Made by a program: the position numbers and the translations under genes. This document shows positions 47,102 to 57,111 of a DNA stretch of 64,000 nucleotides, in pieces. The DNA is from an uncultured archaeon (GTDB lineage Archaea; Thermoplasmatota; Penumbrarchaeia; JASLWR01). The notes under the pieces are model-generated. The model saw only the letters and a program-made list of their open reading frames with translations. It was not told the DNA's origin and did not search any database. The stretch is taken from the NCBI GenBank assembly GCA_964342815.1, contig CAYFHS010000011.1, positions 57,938 to 121,937 of the forward strand, given 5' to 3'. The first letter of the stretch is position 1. Each line of letters begins with the position of its first letter.

Positions 47102-50100
47102 ATGTATTCCAAAAGAGCTGTTACTCTGGCATTGACTTTGCTACTTCTCTCTTCATATTCTATCATCGCTTTTAATCCTGCCCCAACGGGGTACAGGGAA
47201 GCGCTCCTGTCTCATAGCATCGTACTAGGTGAAAATGATCCATACATAAGAACCAGATTTGCAGGTGGGGATGGTACTGAGGAAAATCCTTATCAGATAT
47301 CGAATGTATCGCAGTTGCAGGATATGAACTTGGATCTGTATGCCAACTATACTCTTATAAATGATATTGATGCAAGCGAGACTACTGGTTGGAACTCTGG
47401 AAAAGGATTTGCACCGATTGGAGATGATTATAGCAACAAATTCTACGGGAAACTTGATGGTCAAGGATACTATATCGCAGGACTTTTTATTAATCGACCG
47501 TCAGATATTTACGTTGGCCTTATCGGGTGTATTGGCAGTGGAGGATGTATCAACAATATTTCTATAGTTAATGGCGATGTTATAGGTTATTCGGAGGTTG
47601 GGGGGTTGGCGGGAATGAACCAGGTAGGAGGGACTGTGCTAAATTGTAGTGTGGGTAGCAATGTCTCTGGATATTGGGATACAAATTATTTTGGTTCAGT
47701 CGGAGGACTAATTGGAGATAACAGAGGTACTGTGGAGAACTGCAGCGCAACAGGTACCGTATTCGGTGATTGGACAATTGGAGGTCTTATAGGATGGAAT
47801 CACTTAGGTGCGGTAAAGAATTGCTTCGCCACAGGCGAGGTGACCGGGCGTGTTGAAGTCGGAGGTTTTATGGGTGGCAATCGCGGTAATGTTAATAATT
47901 GCTACGCTACAGGTAAAGTGTCCGCTGAAGGGTATGTCGGCGGACTTATAGGGGAAAACGAAGGAATGATTGAGAATTGTCACGCGAGTGGGGACACATC
48001 GGCTAATATTAGAGCTGGTGGATTGTGTGGAAGAAATGAGGGAACTATTAAAAAAACCTATGCAACAGGAAATGTCATAGGTTATAGAATAGTTGGAGGG
48101 CTTGTTGGGGAAAACAATGGCACCCTTATTTCCAGCCATGCAACAGGGGATGTGTCCGGCGACTACCGCGCAGGTGGATTAGTGGGTTTTAATGATGGTT
48201 CGGTGGAAAAATGTTATGCAATAAATAACGTCACCGGAAGATCTCTAATTGGTGGATTCGTTGGATATAATATAGATGGAATAGTATTAAATTCATTCTA
48301 TTGTATTGATTATTCAATGGTAAATGAACAAAATCTGGTTACACCTTATGGCATCTACAAAGTGCAATTCGATGATTGGTTGGACAACGACAAAAAGCTT
48401 AGTATTAATGATCATATGAAAAAGATACAAAATACTGATTACTACGCGATAACAAATATATCCGATCTCAAGGATATGCTCTCTTTTGCGATATCCGAGG
48501 ATTATAAATTCCAACAAACCGCGAACATTGACCTATCATCTGAACCAGGTTTTTATATACCTATTTTTAATTCTTTAGAATATAATGGAAACAGAAATTC
48601 AATATCGAATATGTCCATATCTATCTTGAACAACAGAATCGGTGTTTTTGGTTATTTTGGTCGCAAAGGAAGAGTATTACAATTTAATTCCTCTGAATGC
48701 AAAGTGTCTGGATATGGTTATGTAGGTGGATTAATTGGACACAACTTCGGAACAATAATCAACTGCTCCGTTACAGGATATGTTTCTGGAACTGATTCCT
48801 ATATTGGTGGCCTTATAGGAAGAAACCTTGGGACTGTGTCACACTGCCAAACATCCACTAATGTTAGTGGGATTAATTATGTACACTATAATTTGGGCGG
48901 ACTCGTGGGTGAGAATAAGAATATTGTGGAAAACTGTTTTGCAATTGGAAATGTGTCTGGGTATAGGTCGGTAGGTGGGCTTATCGGACAAAACACCAAT
49001 GGAAATATGAAGAATTGCTATGCAATAGGAAACGTTTATGGATATCATTCTGTAGGGGGGCTTATAGGAGGGAACTCTTATGGAAATGTGAAGAATTGCC
49101 ATACTACCGGTAATGTCACGGGGGATGAATACGTTGGCGGTCTTGTCGGTATTCAATTTCATGGGGAGGTTGAGAATTGTTTCGCGATTGGGGGTGTGAC
49201 TGGAAACGATAGAGTTGGTGGACTCGTGGGGGACCTTTCTCAGGGCAAGTTATTATACAGTTATGCAACTGGATCTGTGACTGGAGGTTTTTCAATAGGT
49301 GGTCTTGTAGGAAAAAATGAGTATGGTAATGTGGAAAACTGTTACGCGATTGGATCTGCAACTGGAATTGAAATGGTTGGTGGACTTGTAGGCGAACATT
49401 TCGGTGGTGAAGCGCAGTATTGTTATGCAATTGGTCCGGTGAGCGGTAGTACTTCAGTTGGAGGGCTCATTGGCGATACCCCATTTGGTGGTGTGGAGAA
49501 TTGTTTCTGGAACGTAAAAACGACAGGCCAAACAGATAGTGACGGTGGCACAGGAAAAACAACGGCAATGATGATGAATAAAAATACATATACGGATGCT
49601 GGATGGGATTTAACAGAAGTGTGGGTTATTGGGAATGAGAAAACCTATCCACACTTGCGGTCTATTTATAGCGAACCTGTCATACTGACGAAAGATGAAG
49701 AAACTGCTATCCAGGATTTACCATATGAAGTAAAATATAAAGCTGAGATTTCAACACTCCCAGGAACGATAAATACGGCAATATTTTCCCTCACAACTAA
49801 TGCAAGTTGGTTATCTATCACCCATAATGGTACGCTCTTTGGGATACCTGAAAACAAGGATGTTGGTTCCTTCTGGGTAAATGTCTCCGCTACTGATTTG
49901 GTGGATTGTGTGGATTTTCATAACTTCAGCATTGTGGTTTCAAACATCAATGACCCGCTTGTCATCACGACTAACAATGTCATAACAGCTACAGAGGATG
50001 AGCTCTATAGTGTGCGCTATAACGCTCTGGATATCGACCCAAGCAAGGATGTCTTTATCTGGTCACTAAGCACGGATGCAAAATGGCTGACTATTGATTC

Positions 50101-51148
50101 ATCAGATGGCTGGCTTAATGGAACACCAATAAATTCAGATGTTGGTGTCCATGAAGTGAATATCTCTGTTACTTCTAATGCAGACGAATCTTGTTTTATA
50201 AACTTTTCATTAGTAGTGACGAATTCGCCGCCATTGATAACTACAATATCATACACAAATGCGACTGAGGATGAACTCTACTTTTCTGATTTCAACTGTG
50301 ATGACGATGATCAAGGGGCTATAACTTGGCACCTATCGACAAATGGAACTTGGCTCTTTTTTGATGGTACGAGTGGGGAATTGTATGGAACTCCCTCGGA
50401 TGATGATGTCGGTCAGAATTTAATCTCGGTCTCAGTGGACGATGGTAATGGCGGTATGGATTGGTATAACTATACTTTGGAGATAGTGAATGTTAATGAT
50501 CCACCGATAATCAATACCACACCCCCAAAAAATGCAACTCCTTATGAACATTATTTCATTTATTTCGAAGCAATAGATGAGGACCCGACAAATGATGTGC
50601 TAAATTGGTCCTTAATGACCAATGCTACATGGTTAATGATAAAGTCACGAAGCGGATATCTCTCAGGGATAGCTATGTCTGGATTTTTCTGGGTGAATGT
50701 GAGTGTTTCCGATGGCAATGGGGGAATGGATTTTATCAATTACACTTTAATGGTTAGGGACATGCAAAATAAAAAAGACACTGATATGGATGGAGTTCCC
50801 GATTTGGATGATGCCTTCCCCGACGATCCTGCAGCATCCATCGACTCCGACGGAGACGGAATGCCAGATGAGTGGAATCCTGGGATGAATCAAAGTGATT
50901 CAACATCGTATATCCCGTTAGAATTAGACCCGTATCCAAACGATCCGGATAATAAACCTCCTGATGACGATAGTACTGAAATCCCAAGTGATAGCAGTTC
51001 AAGGACTTGGATTTGGATTTCGTTGATTGTTGTGGTGGTTATTTTGATTGCAGTTTTTATTGCCGTAATGGTCAAAAGTAAAAGGAAGCCGCTGGAAAAG
51101 GAAGAAAAAGATGATCTTGGTAGAATTGAACTCAGTGAAGACAATTAG
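47102..51148 (+). CDS. GLUG-repeat surface protein with cadherin/He_PIG-like Ig repeats, TSP3 motif and TM anchor
   Basis: FAGGDGTEENPYQISNVSQLQ; many VGGL(I/V)G.N.G.V.NC.A.G.V.G repeats; (W/S)L.....G.L.GTP repeats; DSDGDG; C-terminal TM. Start reset to ATG 47102. Confidence 0.9.
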   Translation: MYSKRAVTLALTLLLLSSYSIIAFNPAPTGYREALLSHSIVLGENDPYIRTRFAGGDGTEENPYQISNVSQLQDMNLDLYANYTLINDIDASETTGWNSGKGFAPIGDDYSNKFYGKLDGQGYYIAGLFINRPSDIYVGLIGCIGSGGCINNISIVNGDVIGYSEVGGLAGMNQVGGTVLNCSVGSNVSGYWDTNYFGSVGGLIGDNRGTVENCSATGTVFGDWTIGGLIGWNHLGAVKNCFATGEVTGRVEVGGFMGGNRGNVNNCYATGKVSAEGYVGGLIGENEGMIENCHASGDTSANIRAGGLCGRNEGTIKKTYATGNVIGYRIVGGLVGENNGTLISSHATGDVSGDYRAGGLVGFNDGSVEKCYAINNVTGRSLIGGFVGYNIDGIVLNSFYCIDYSMVNEQNLVTPYGIYKVQFDDWLDNDKKLSINDHMKKIQNTDYYAITNISDLKDMLSFAISEDYKFQQTANIDLSSEPGFYIPIFNSLEYNGNRNSISNMSISILNNRIGVFGYFGRKGRVLQFNSSECKVSGYGYVGGLIGHNFGTIINCSVTGYVSGTDSYIGGLIGRNLGTVSHCQTSTNVSGINYVHYNLGGLVGENKNIVENCFAIGNVSGYRSVGGLIGQNTNGNMKNCYAIGNVYGYHSVGGLIGGNSYGNVKNCHTTGNVTGDEYVGGLVGIQFHGEVENCFAIGGVTGNDRVGGLVGDLSQGKLLYSYATGSVTGGFSIGGLVGKNEYGNVENCYAIGSATGIEMVGGLVGEHFGGEAQYCYAIGPVSGSTSVGGLIGDTPFGGVENCFWNVKTTGQTDSDGGTGKTTAMMMNKNTYTDAGWDLTEVWVIGNEKTYPHLRSIYSEPVILTKDEETAIQDLPYEVKYKAEISTLPGTINTAIFSLTTNASWLSITHNGTLFGIPENKDVGSFWVNVSATDLVDCVDFHNFSIVVSNINDPLVITTNNVITATEDELYSVRYNALDIDPSKDVFIWSLSTDAKWLTIDSSDGWLNGTPINSDVGVHEVNISVTSNADESCFINFSLVVTNSPPLITTISYTNATEDELYFSDFNCDDDDQGAITWHLSTNGTWLFFDGTSGELYGTPSDDDVGQNLISVSVDDGNGGMDWYNYTLEIVNVNDPPIINTTPPKNATPYEHYFIYFEAIDEDPTNDVLNWSLMTNATWLMIKSRSGYLSGIAMSGFFWVNVSVSDGNGGMDFINYTLMVRDMQNKKDTDMDGVPDLDDAFPDDPAASIDSDGDGMPDEWNPGMNQSDSTSYIPLELDPYPNDPDNKPPDDDSTEIPSDSSSRTWIWISLIVVVVILIAVFIAVMVKSKRKPLEKEEKDDLGRIELSEDN

Positions 51149-51204
51149 AACCAACTTTCGCATGGTGACGTGAAGCGTTTGTCGCAATTTACATAGAAAA
51201 ATCC

Positions 51205-51302
51205 TTCTGCTGCCGCAGAAGTCAGGGGCAAGCCCCCTTCATTTTTATTTCTATTTATTTTATTTTGGTGTCGGGCCTGCGTTTCTTACGTCGCAGGCCC
51301 TC
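51205..51302 (+). repeat. Palindromic repeat family 1: twin hairpins, AT spacer, stem-loop
   Basis: TTCTGC-TGCC-GCAGAA; GGGG-CAAG-CCCC; GTCGGGCCTGCGTTTCTTACGTCGCAGGCCCTC. Confidence 0.85.
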
Positions 51303-51418
51303 AATAAAGAGAAAATATATCCAAAAAATTGAAAGTAATTCGTGATAACAAACGAGATACACAAATAAATGAAAATCGTGTTCAACCAGACGGCATATAT
51401 AACGAATCAGGTGCTATA

Positions 51419-52168
51419 ATGAAGGGCATGAAATATTTTTATGAACTCTACTCGGGCCTTCCGCGAGGCGGTCCCGGGGATAACGGATCGACCCGTAAAG
51501 CTTATTCATTCATGACGGGCCTGCCGGAACAACCGAAGATTCTCGATATCGGATGCGGTCCCGGGATGCAGACCCTGGAGCTAGCTAGGATTTCCAACGG
51601 TAAAATAATCGCTCTCGATAATTACCAGCCCTTTCTCGATAAGTTGATGGAAAATGCCCGACGTGAAAAATTGGCCGACCGGATCGACCCGAAGAACCAA
51701 TCCATGCTCGAAATGGATTTTGGACATAAGAAATTCGATGTAGTGTGGTCGGAGGGGGCGCTGTACTTCATGGGTTTTGCCAAGGGTTTGGAGCGTTGCC
51801 GTCAGCTGCTGAAACCCGGTGGATACCTTGCGGTGACCGAAGCTGTTCTTTTCAGACCCGACCCGTCGCAGCCGGTTGTGGAATTCTGGGAGAACGAATA
51901 TCCCGCCATCACGCTTGTGGACAGTAATATTGAGATGATCCGAAGCGCAAAGTACCGCCTCATTTCGCATTTCCCGTTACCCGTATCTTCATGGCTGAAT
52001 AATTTTTACGATCCCATGGAAGTGCGTATTCACGAATTGATGGAAAAGTACGTGGGAAATAAGGTGGCACTGAATATCTACGAGACCTCGCTCAAGGAAA
52101 TCTCAACCTACAAACAGTATTCGGACTATTTTGGTTATGAGTTTTTTATTGTGCAGAAAATCGTATGA
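51419..52168 (+). CDS. Class I SAM-dependent methyltransferase
   Basis: LPRGGPG, ILDIGCGPG, FDVVWSEGALY, LLKPGGYLAVTE. Start reset to ATG 51419. Confidence 0.9.
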   Translation: MKGMKYFYELYSGLPRGGPGDNGSTRKAYSFMTGLPEQPKILDIGCGPGMQTLELARISNGKIIALDNYQPFLDKLMENARREKLADRIDPKNQSMLEMDFGHKKFDVVWSEGALYFMGFAKGLERCRQLLKPGGYLAVTEAVLFRPDPSQPVVEFWENEYPAITLVDSNIEMIRSAKYRLISHFPLPVSSWLNNFYDPMEVRIHELMEKYVGNKVALNIYETSLKEISTYKQYSDYFGYEFFIVQKIV

Positions 52169-52268
52169 GGAATCATTTTCTGTTCTCCATCAATAGAAAT
52201 GAATCGGCAATTACCGTGATAATTAATTGTAAAATAGTGATAAATACAATGAGCGAACTGACGCAAGA

Positions 52269-53117
52269 ATGCATTATATCCTTAGAATGACCCGTCCCCT
52301 GACAAGTTTTATGGCGGCATTATCCGTATTGATAGGGGCGCTTGTTATTATCGGCAAGGATGTTATTCTGTATGTTCCGTCCCTGATCCTTTCCTTTTTT
52401 ACCGTTTTTTTCATCTGTGCAGGAGGTTTCGTTCTGAACGATTATCTCGACAGGGAGGGGGATCGGATAAATCACCCCGAACGCCCGATTCCGTCAAATA
52501 ACATCACTCCCAGAAAAGCGCTGGCTCTTTCCATAGGCATATTCATCGGGGGACTTGCCTGCGTCAACTTCCTTGTCTTGTTCTTCAGTCCTCTTTCGGT
52601 TATAATCGTGATCATCGGTGCCGGCGTCCTTGTATGCTACGAGGTGAGATTCAAAAAGATTGGTATTGCCGGCAATGCCATGGTGGGAATTCTCGTTGCG
52701 CTGACATACATATTCGGCAGCTTCGTGGTTCTGCCGCCCGGTGATATATTGAAGCTGAATACCGCGCACATATTGGCTCTTCTGGCTTTCTGCGCCATAA
52801 TGGGCCGAGAGATAATCATGGATATCGAAGATATGAAGGGGGACCTTAAAAGAACTACCCTACCCCGCAAGATCGGAAAGAAGAAATCCGCGGTCATCGC
52901 TAGCGCATTCCTGTTCTTTGCGATCCTAATTACTCCGCTGCCGTTATTCCCGCTTGGGATGCTTAATTTTTATTATCTTCCATTCCTGCTGGTGGGGGAC
53001 GGAATTATGTTATATTCAATATTCATACAGCTCCAGGCACCGGCACTGGCAAGGAAAACCACAAAGATAGCACTTTTGATCTCGTCACTAGGTTTCATTG
53101 TAGGCAGTATGAAATAG
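52269..53117 (+). CDS. UbiA-family prenyltransferase, probable digeranylgeranylglyceryl-phosphate synthase
   Basis: RP at the N-terminus, NDYLDREGDRINHPERPIPS, GREIIMDIEDMKGD...TTLP; multi-TM. Confidence 0.88.
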   Translation: MHYILRMTRPLTSFMAALSVLIGALVIIGKDVILYVPSLILSFFTVFFICAGGFVLNDYLDREGDRINHPERPIPSNNITPRKALALSIGIFIGGLACVNFLVLFFSPLSVIIVIIGAGVLVCYEVRFKKIGIAGNAMVGILVALTYIFGSFVVLPPGDILKLNTAHILALLAFCAIMGREIIMDIEDMKGDLKRTTLPRKIGKKKSAVIASAFLFFAILITPLPLFPLGMLNFYYLPFLLVGDGIMLYSIFIQLQAPALARKTTKIALLISSLGFIVGSMK

Positions 53118-53196
53118 AGCTTGGAAACGAAAATTTTATTCAACCTGCCCTTTTGTATATATATTTCAGAAATTCTCTTTTATCCTCAGGTTACCG

Positions 53197-53553
53197 CTAT
53201 TCGGTCACAGGTATCATACAGAGAAACACGAAATCCTCATCGCCCGTGTTCCTGAACCCGTGATTTTTTGTACCGTCCACGTATGCCGCATCGTCCTCTT
53301 TCACAGGGCTCTCGCCTTTTTCAGATAATAACGCTCCCTGGCCGGAAAGGAAAAAAACCTCATGCTCCCAGTCGTGGGAGTGCAACGGGATGATCCCGCC
53401 CGCTTCCATTGTGAATCGCCGCATCTGGAAGTTGGGCATCCCGTCCTCTTTCCTGAGAAGCCATTGTATCTTCGTACCGATGACGCCTGGGTAATCCACT
53501 TCCTCTTTCATTACGTCTTTTTGTGCCTTTACCAATGAATCCATCTTAGCCAT
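53197..53553 (-). CDS. Cupin domain protein
   Basis: NFQMRRFTMEAGG.IPLHSHDWEHEVF...HGFRNTG...FLCMIP. Confidence 0.88.
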   Translation of the reverse strand: MAKMDSLVKAQKDVMKEEVDYPGVIGTKIQWLLRKEDGMPNFQMRRFTMEAGGIIPLHSHDWEHEVFFLSGQGALLSEKGESPVKEDDAAYVDGTKNHGFRNTGDEDFVFLCMIPVTE

Positions 53554-53613
53554 CTCCGCCTTTTTTCGTTCTTCAAAATTGGACTTTTCTATTATCGTGG
53601 AATCGTTTTCCCT

Positions 53614-54189
53614 TCATTCCAGTGGAAGGTTTTCTTTAATATGCTCAAAGAGCTCCTGGAAGGCCAGGCCTCTATGGGATATTTTGTTTTTTTCCTCGGT
53701 ACTCATCTCCCCGAACGTGATCTCGTGCCCAACTGGCATGAATATCGGGTCGTATCCAAAGCCGTTCTTCCCACGTTCCTCGTCTATCACAGAACCTTTG
53801 CATACTCCTTCGAAGATGTGTATCTTTTCGTTTGCGTCCACAAGAGCCGCAGCGGTCCTGAACTCCGCGCGCTTGTCTCCCTTTTTATTCATCAGATTCA
53901 GGATTCCTCTATTCCCGATTGTACGATAAATATATGCCGAGTACACCCCCGGAAACCCCTCCAGTGCCGACAGGAATAATCCGGAATCGTCAAGCATGAA
54001 GGGTGCCTCCAATCGGTTCTTCAGCCACTGGGCCCCGTACCGTGCGACCTCTCGCAAATTATCAGTCTGTATTTCCGGGTAATAGACCTTGTCCCCCACT
54101 ACCTCGATACCCAGGGTTTCAAATTTATCCTTTACTTCTTTTAATTTACCAGTATTCGATGTTACGAATGTGATCTTCATTTCAATCAT
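53614..54189 (-). CDS. rdgB: XTP/dITP diphosphatase (HAM1/RdgB)
   Basis: TSNTGKLKE, EIQ, DDSGL, GFPGVYS, GFGYDPIF, KNKISHRG. Confidence 0.95.
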   Translation of the reverse strand: MIEMKITFVTSNTGKLKEVKDKFETLGIEVVGDKVYYPEIQTDNLREVARYGAQWLKNRLEAPFMLDDSGLFLSALEGFPGVYSAYIYRTIGNRGILNLMNKKGDKRAEFRTAAALVDANEKIHIFEGVCKGSVIDEERGKNGFGYDPIFMPVGHEITFGEMSTEEKNKISHRGLAFQELFEHIKENLPLE

Positions 54190-54207
54190 TCCTGTTATAA
54201 TAAAAAT

Positions 54208-54897
54208 TTATCTATATCTTGCTCTTTTTTTGATCTCTGCCAGCCTTTCCTTCACTTGTTCCACTCCGGGATTTCGGGATGCATAGCCACGCCAGAAATT
54301 ATCGGTGTATTCCATCAGTGCCGGATGAGTGCTTTCGAATGCTTTGAAAAAAACGTCCAGGTCCTCGCCCATGTTCTCTAGAATCGCCTTTCTCTCGCCA
54401 AGTGAAAGATCGATGAAATACACGGGGATGTCTGCTGGGTCCACAGTCTCTTCTTTCCCTGCGGTCCTTCTCAACTCTTCCGCGTCCTTTTCATAGAAGA
54501 GCATGTTCGAGGTGGTGAGGTCACCATGGGTTATACCGTTCGCATGCATTTTACCCACGTCCATTCCTATCTTTGCCATTACCGCTCCCAGCAGTTTGTG
54601 CTGCCCCATCCCGTCCTCTGGAATAATGCCGTCTATGAAATCCTTCAAACGGCAGCCCTTAATGTATTCCATGACAATGACGCCCTTATTTAGATCCAAG
54701 TATTCGATGAAGGGTGTGAGGATTCCCAGCTCTTTTACTGCATTTAATAGACGCGCTTCCTTTCTGGTGCGGGTTTTCCGAAGTTCGTCATCAAGCTGGG
54801 GAATACGATAGTTCTTTACCACTCTTGTCTTGCGGACAGCCTCTTCACACATAAGATTTATCACGTCGATCTCGGCTTCGGCTCCTTGTCGATACAT
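54208..54897 (-). CDS. bud32: KEOPS complex kinase/ATPase Bud32
   Basis: QGAEAEI, KNYRIPQLD..LR..RT.KEARLL, MEYIKG, HGDLTTSN, IDLSLG, DL.VF..AFESTH, EIKKRARY. Confidence 0.93.
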   Translation of the reverse strand: MYRQGAEAEIDVINLMCEEAVRKTRVVKNYRIPQLDDELRKTRTRKEARLLNAVKELGILTPFIEYLDLNKGVIVMEYIKGCRLKDFIDGIIPEDGMGQHKLLGAVMAKIGMDVGKMHANGITHGDLTTSNMLFYEKDAEELRRTAGKEETVDPADIPVYFIDLSLGERKAILENMGEDLDVFFKAFESTHPALMEYTDNFWRGYASRNPGVEQVKERLAEIKKRARYR

Positions 54898-55109
54898 TTG
54901 TTTTTCGCACCTTCTTATTTTATTCGCGTCCCTGCGGGATACGCATTAATCTATCTGGTGGAATAGGGCCTTTCGGGCGTCCGACAATATGGAAAAGCGC
55001 TTATTTATCTTTTGGGTATATGCAGACAAAATCTTTATTTATCCTGTTTTGGATGATCTATACCGGTTGGATGGATTATCCATCCATAGGAAGTATCGGG
55101 GTGCCAAAC

Positions 55110-57008
55110 ATGAATAATAAACTACTATCAGTACTGATTATAATCGTATTGTTCCTGATGACCAAGGGAGCTGTAAGCTATACGGAACAAAATCAATTCG
55201 GCTCAACAAGAGTCGTTTATCCGAATAAAGATGGTCAAGCGACCAGGGGAAACCTCAGCATCAACGTTCTCATCGATTTCGGTAATACCGAGTATTACTG
55301 GAGCGATTTGAATATTTCGGCGGATAACAATTCGGCCCTCAACGCCACCGAGAAAGCATGCGATATTCTGGAATTCGATTTTAATTATTCGACTTCTGAT
55401 TACGGTGCTTTTGTAAATGGTATTAATGAAATCTTAAACGCTGACGATTGGTCGGAGTCCTGGTTGCTGTATTACTGGAATAAAACTCTCGATATCTGGT
55501 CGCTATCTCCGGTGGGGGCCGGTCAATTTCTAATGGATGATGGGGCCTCCATTGCGTGGATTTACGATCGATGGGGTGATTCACCACCTGTAGCCACCCC
55601 TTCAAACAAAGACCCCGTTCTTATCAAGTCCGACATTTTGATTGATTTCGGGAACGGGACCTATCAATGGGAAGACGTGATTCTGGAGGGAGTGTGGGCG
55701 GCAACGGGACAGACCCAACAAACCGACAATGAATCCGATGCAAAAGGTAGGGTGGTGGCGCTGTCTGCTTTTGAGAAGGCCGTTTCCGAGCTCGGGCTTG
55801 GTCTCAATGTGGTGGACAGCACTTACGGCCCCTATATTTCAGGAGTTGACGGTATAGAGGGTGAGGGAAAATGGTTCTGGGCAGTTTTGGAGTTCGCAAA
55901 CGGTAGCTGGCGGTATGCGGAACTAGGCGCCGGCGAGTTATCCATGAAAGAGGACATGGCTCTTGCCCTGTACTATACTGTTTGGGGATATCCCTTGCCT
56001 GTTGCTAACCCAAAAAACCCTTTTCCGGCACCGGAAAGATTTCAGCCTAAGCTCACGGAACGGGCTGTAGAATACATGGGGAATTACACGTATGAAATAA
56101 ATCTGACCGTGGAGACCGAATATAATTACCCCACGGAAATATCGTTCCGAATCGGAGATCAAAGCTATCCTTTGACCCAGGATCCCACGGACGGGACTTG
56201 GTGGATAACGGAGGTTTACGTCCGCAACAATTTCACATATCATTTCAATTCCACAATGGGCGCATCGTCCGTGTCCACGGCAGCCAACTTATCGTCACCC
56301 GGGACCAGGAACCTTTGGTTGGATCGAAAGAATGCGGGGGAATTTTCGGGCAATAGGGTGCTTTTTGAGGTTACTTCTGGGACTCAAGAAACGTTCTATC
56401 TCGAAAATTCCTACGGGTCCGGTTTGGCGAAGATCACTGTTATGGGGAACGGCACGCTGGTGGCCCGCTCTATGGACTGGGGGGAAGCAAATGGAAAAAC
56501 CGGTGCTGTCGGGGGTGATCTCGAACATCTGGGATTCTTTATGGAGATCACATTGAACGAATTGGAGTGCATGGATGTTGAGATCCCCTACGATGATGCG
56601 CTGCTGCCCGAGGGAGTTGATGAGGAAAAACTCGCACTTTACTTCTGGAACGTTTCTTCCGGAGAGTGGGAGCGGGTAGATAGCACAGATGTCGAAAAGG
56701 AAAAGAATTTGGTTTGGGCCAATGTCACTCATTTGACCATCTTCGCTCCCTTGGCCATGGTAAAGGGACTAGGCGGGGAAGATGCTGAGGATGGAGGGGC
56801 TGACCTTAATATAATAATCCTGATTATCGTCGTGATAACGCTGGTGGTTCTGTTCAGTGTACTGTTGATATGGAAAAAGATAAAAACCACGGATGACGGC
56901 ACGGAAATAAAATCCAGGAATGGCCCGGAAGTGAAATCCGGGAATGGTCCGGAAGTGAAATCCGGGAATGGTCCGGAAGTGAAATCCGGGAATAGCCAGG
57001 ATAAATAA
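55110..57008 (+). CDS. Surface protein with two DUF4430 (transcobalamin-like) domains, PGF-pre-PGF-like region and TM anchor
   Basis: Two modules: IDFGN...YGAFVNGINE...W..Y/W and IDFGN...YGPYISGVDG...WFW; later LALYFWN...W..V.ST.V......VWANVTHLTIFA; TM. Start reset to ATG 55110. Confidence 0.8.
   Translation: MNNKLLSVLIIIVLFLMTKGAVSYTEQNQFGSTRVVYPNKDGQATRGNLSINVLIDFGNTEYYWSDLNISADNNSALNATEKACDILEFDFNYSTSDYGAFVNGINEILNADDWSESWLLYYWNKTLDIWSLSPVGAGQFLMDDGASIAWIYDRWGDSPPVATPSNKDPVLIKSDILIDFGNGTYQWEDVILEGVWAATGQTQQTDNESDAKGRVVALSAFEKAVSELGLGLNVVDSTYGPYISGVDGIEGEGKWFWAVLEFANGSWRYAELGAGELSMKEDMALALYYTVWGYPLPVANPKNPFPAPERFQPKLTERAVEYMGNYTYEINLTVETEYNYPTEISFRIGDQSYPLTQDPTDGTWWITEVYVRNNFTYHFNSTMGASSVSTAANLSSPGTRNLWLDRKNAGEFSGNRVLFEVTSGTQETFYLENSYGSGLAKITVMGNGTLVARSMDWGEANGKTGAVGGDLEHLGFFMEITLNELECMDVEIPYDDALLPEGVDEEKLALYFWNVSSGEWERVDSTDVEKEKNLVWANVTHLTIFAPLAMVKGLGGEDAEDGGADLNIIILIIVVITLVVLFSVLLIWKKIKTTDDGTEIKSRNGPEVKSGNGPEVKSGNGPEVKSGNSQDK
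56903..56993 (+). repeat. 24-bp coding tandem repeat (EVKSGNGP), ~3.8 copies
   Basis: GGAAGTGAAATCCGGGAATGGTCC units at 56903 (diverged), 56927, 56951 and 56975 (partial). Confidence 0.95.
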
Positions 57009-57111
57009 TATCGAACAAGGAGGCACTATAACGAATGCTCCCACTGCGGAAAGCGGTCTAAGAAGAACGAGGGTCCACCTTATTTTCTCTCTCATTCTAA
57101 TTCTCGTTATT

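Noticed and set aside
54900-55110. Cobalamin riboswitch upstream of, or within (61549-61790), the ECF operon
   Set aside because: No GGGAA..CCGGTG..AATCCGG/B12-box pattern; GAAAATCC matches belong to the family-2 unit.
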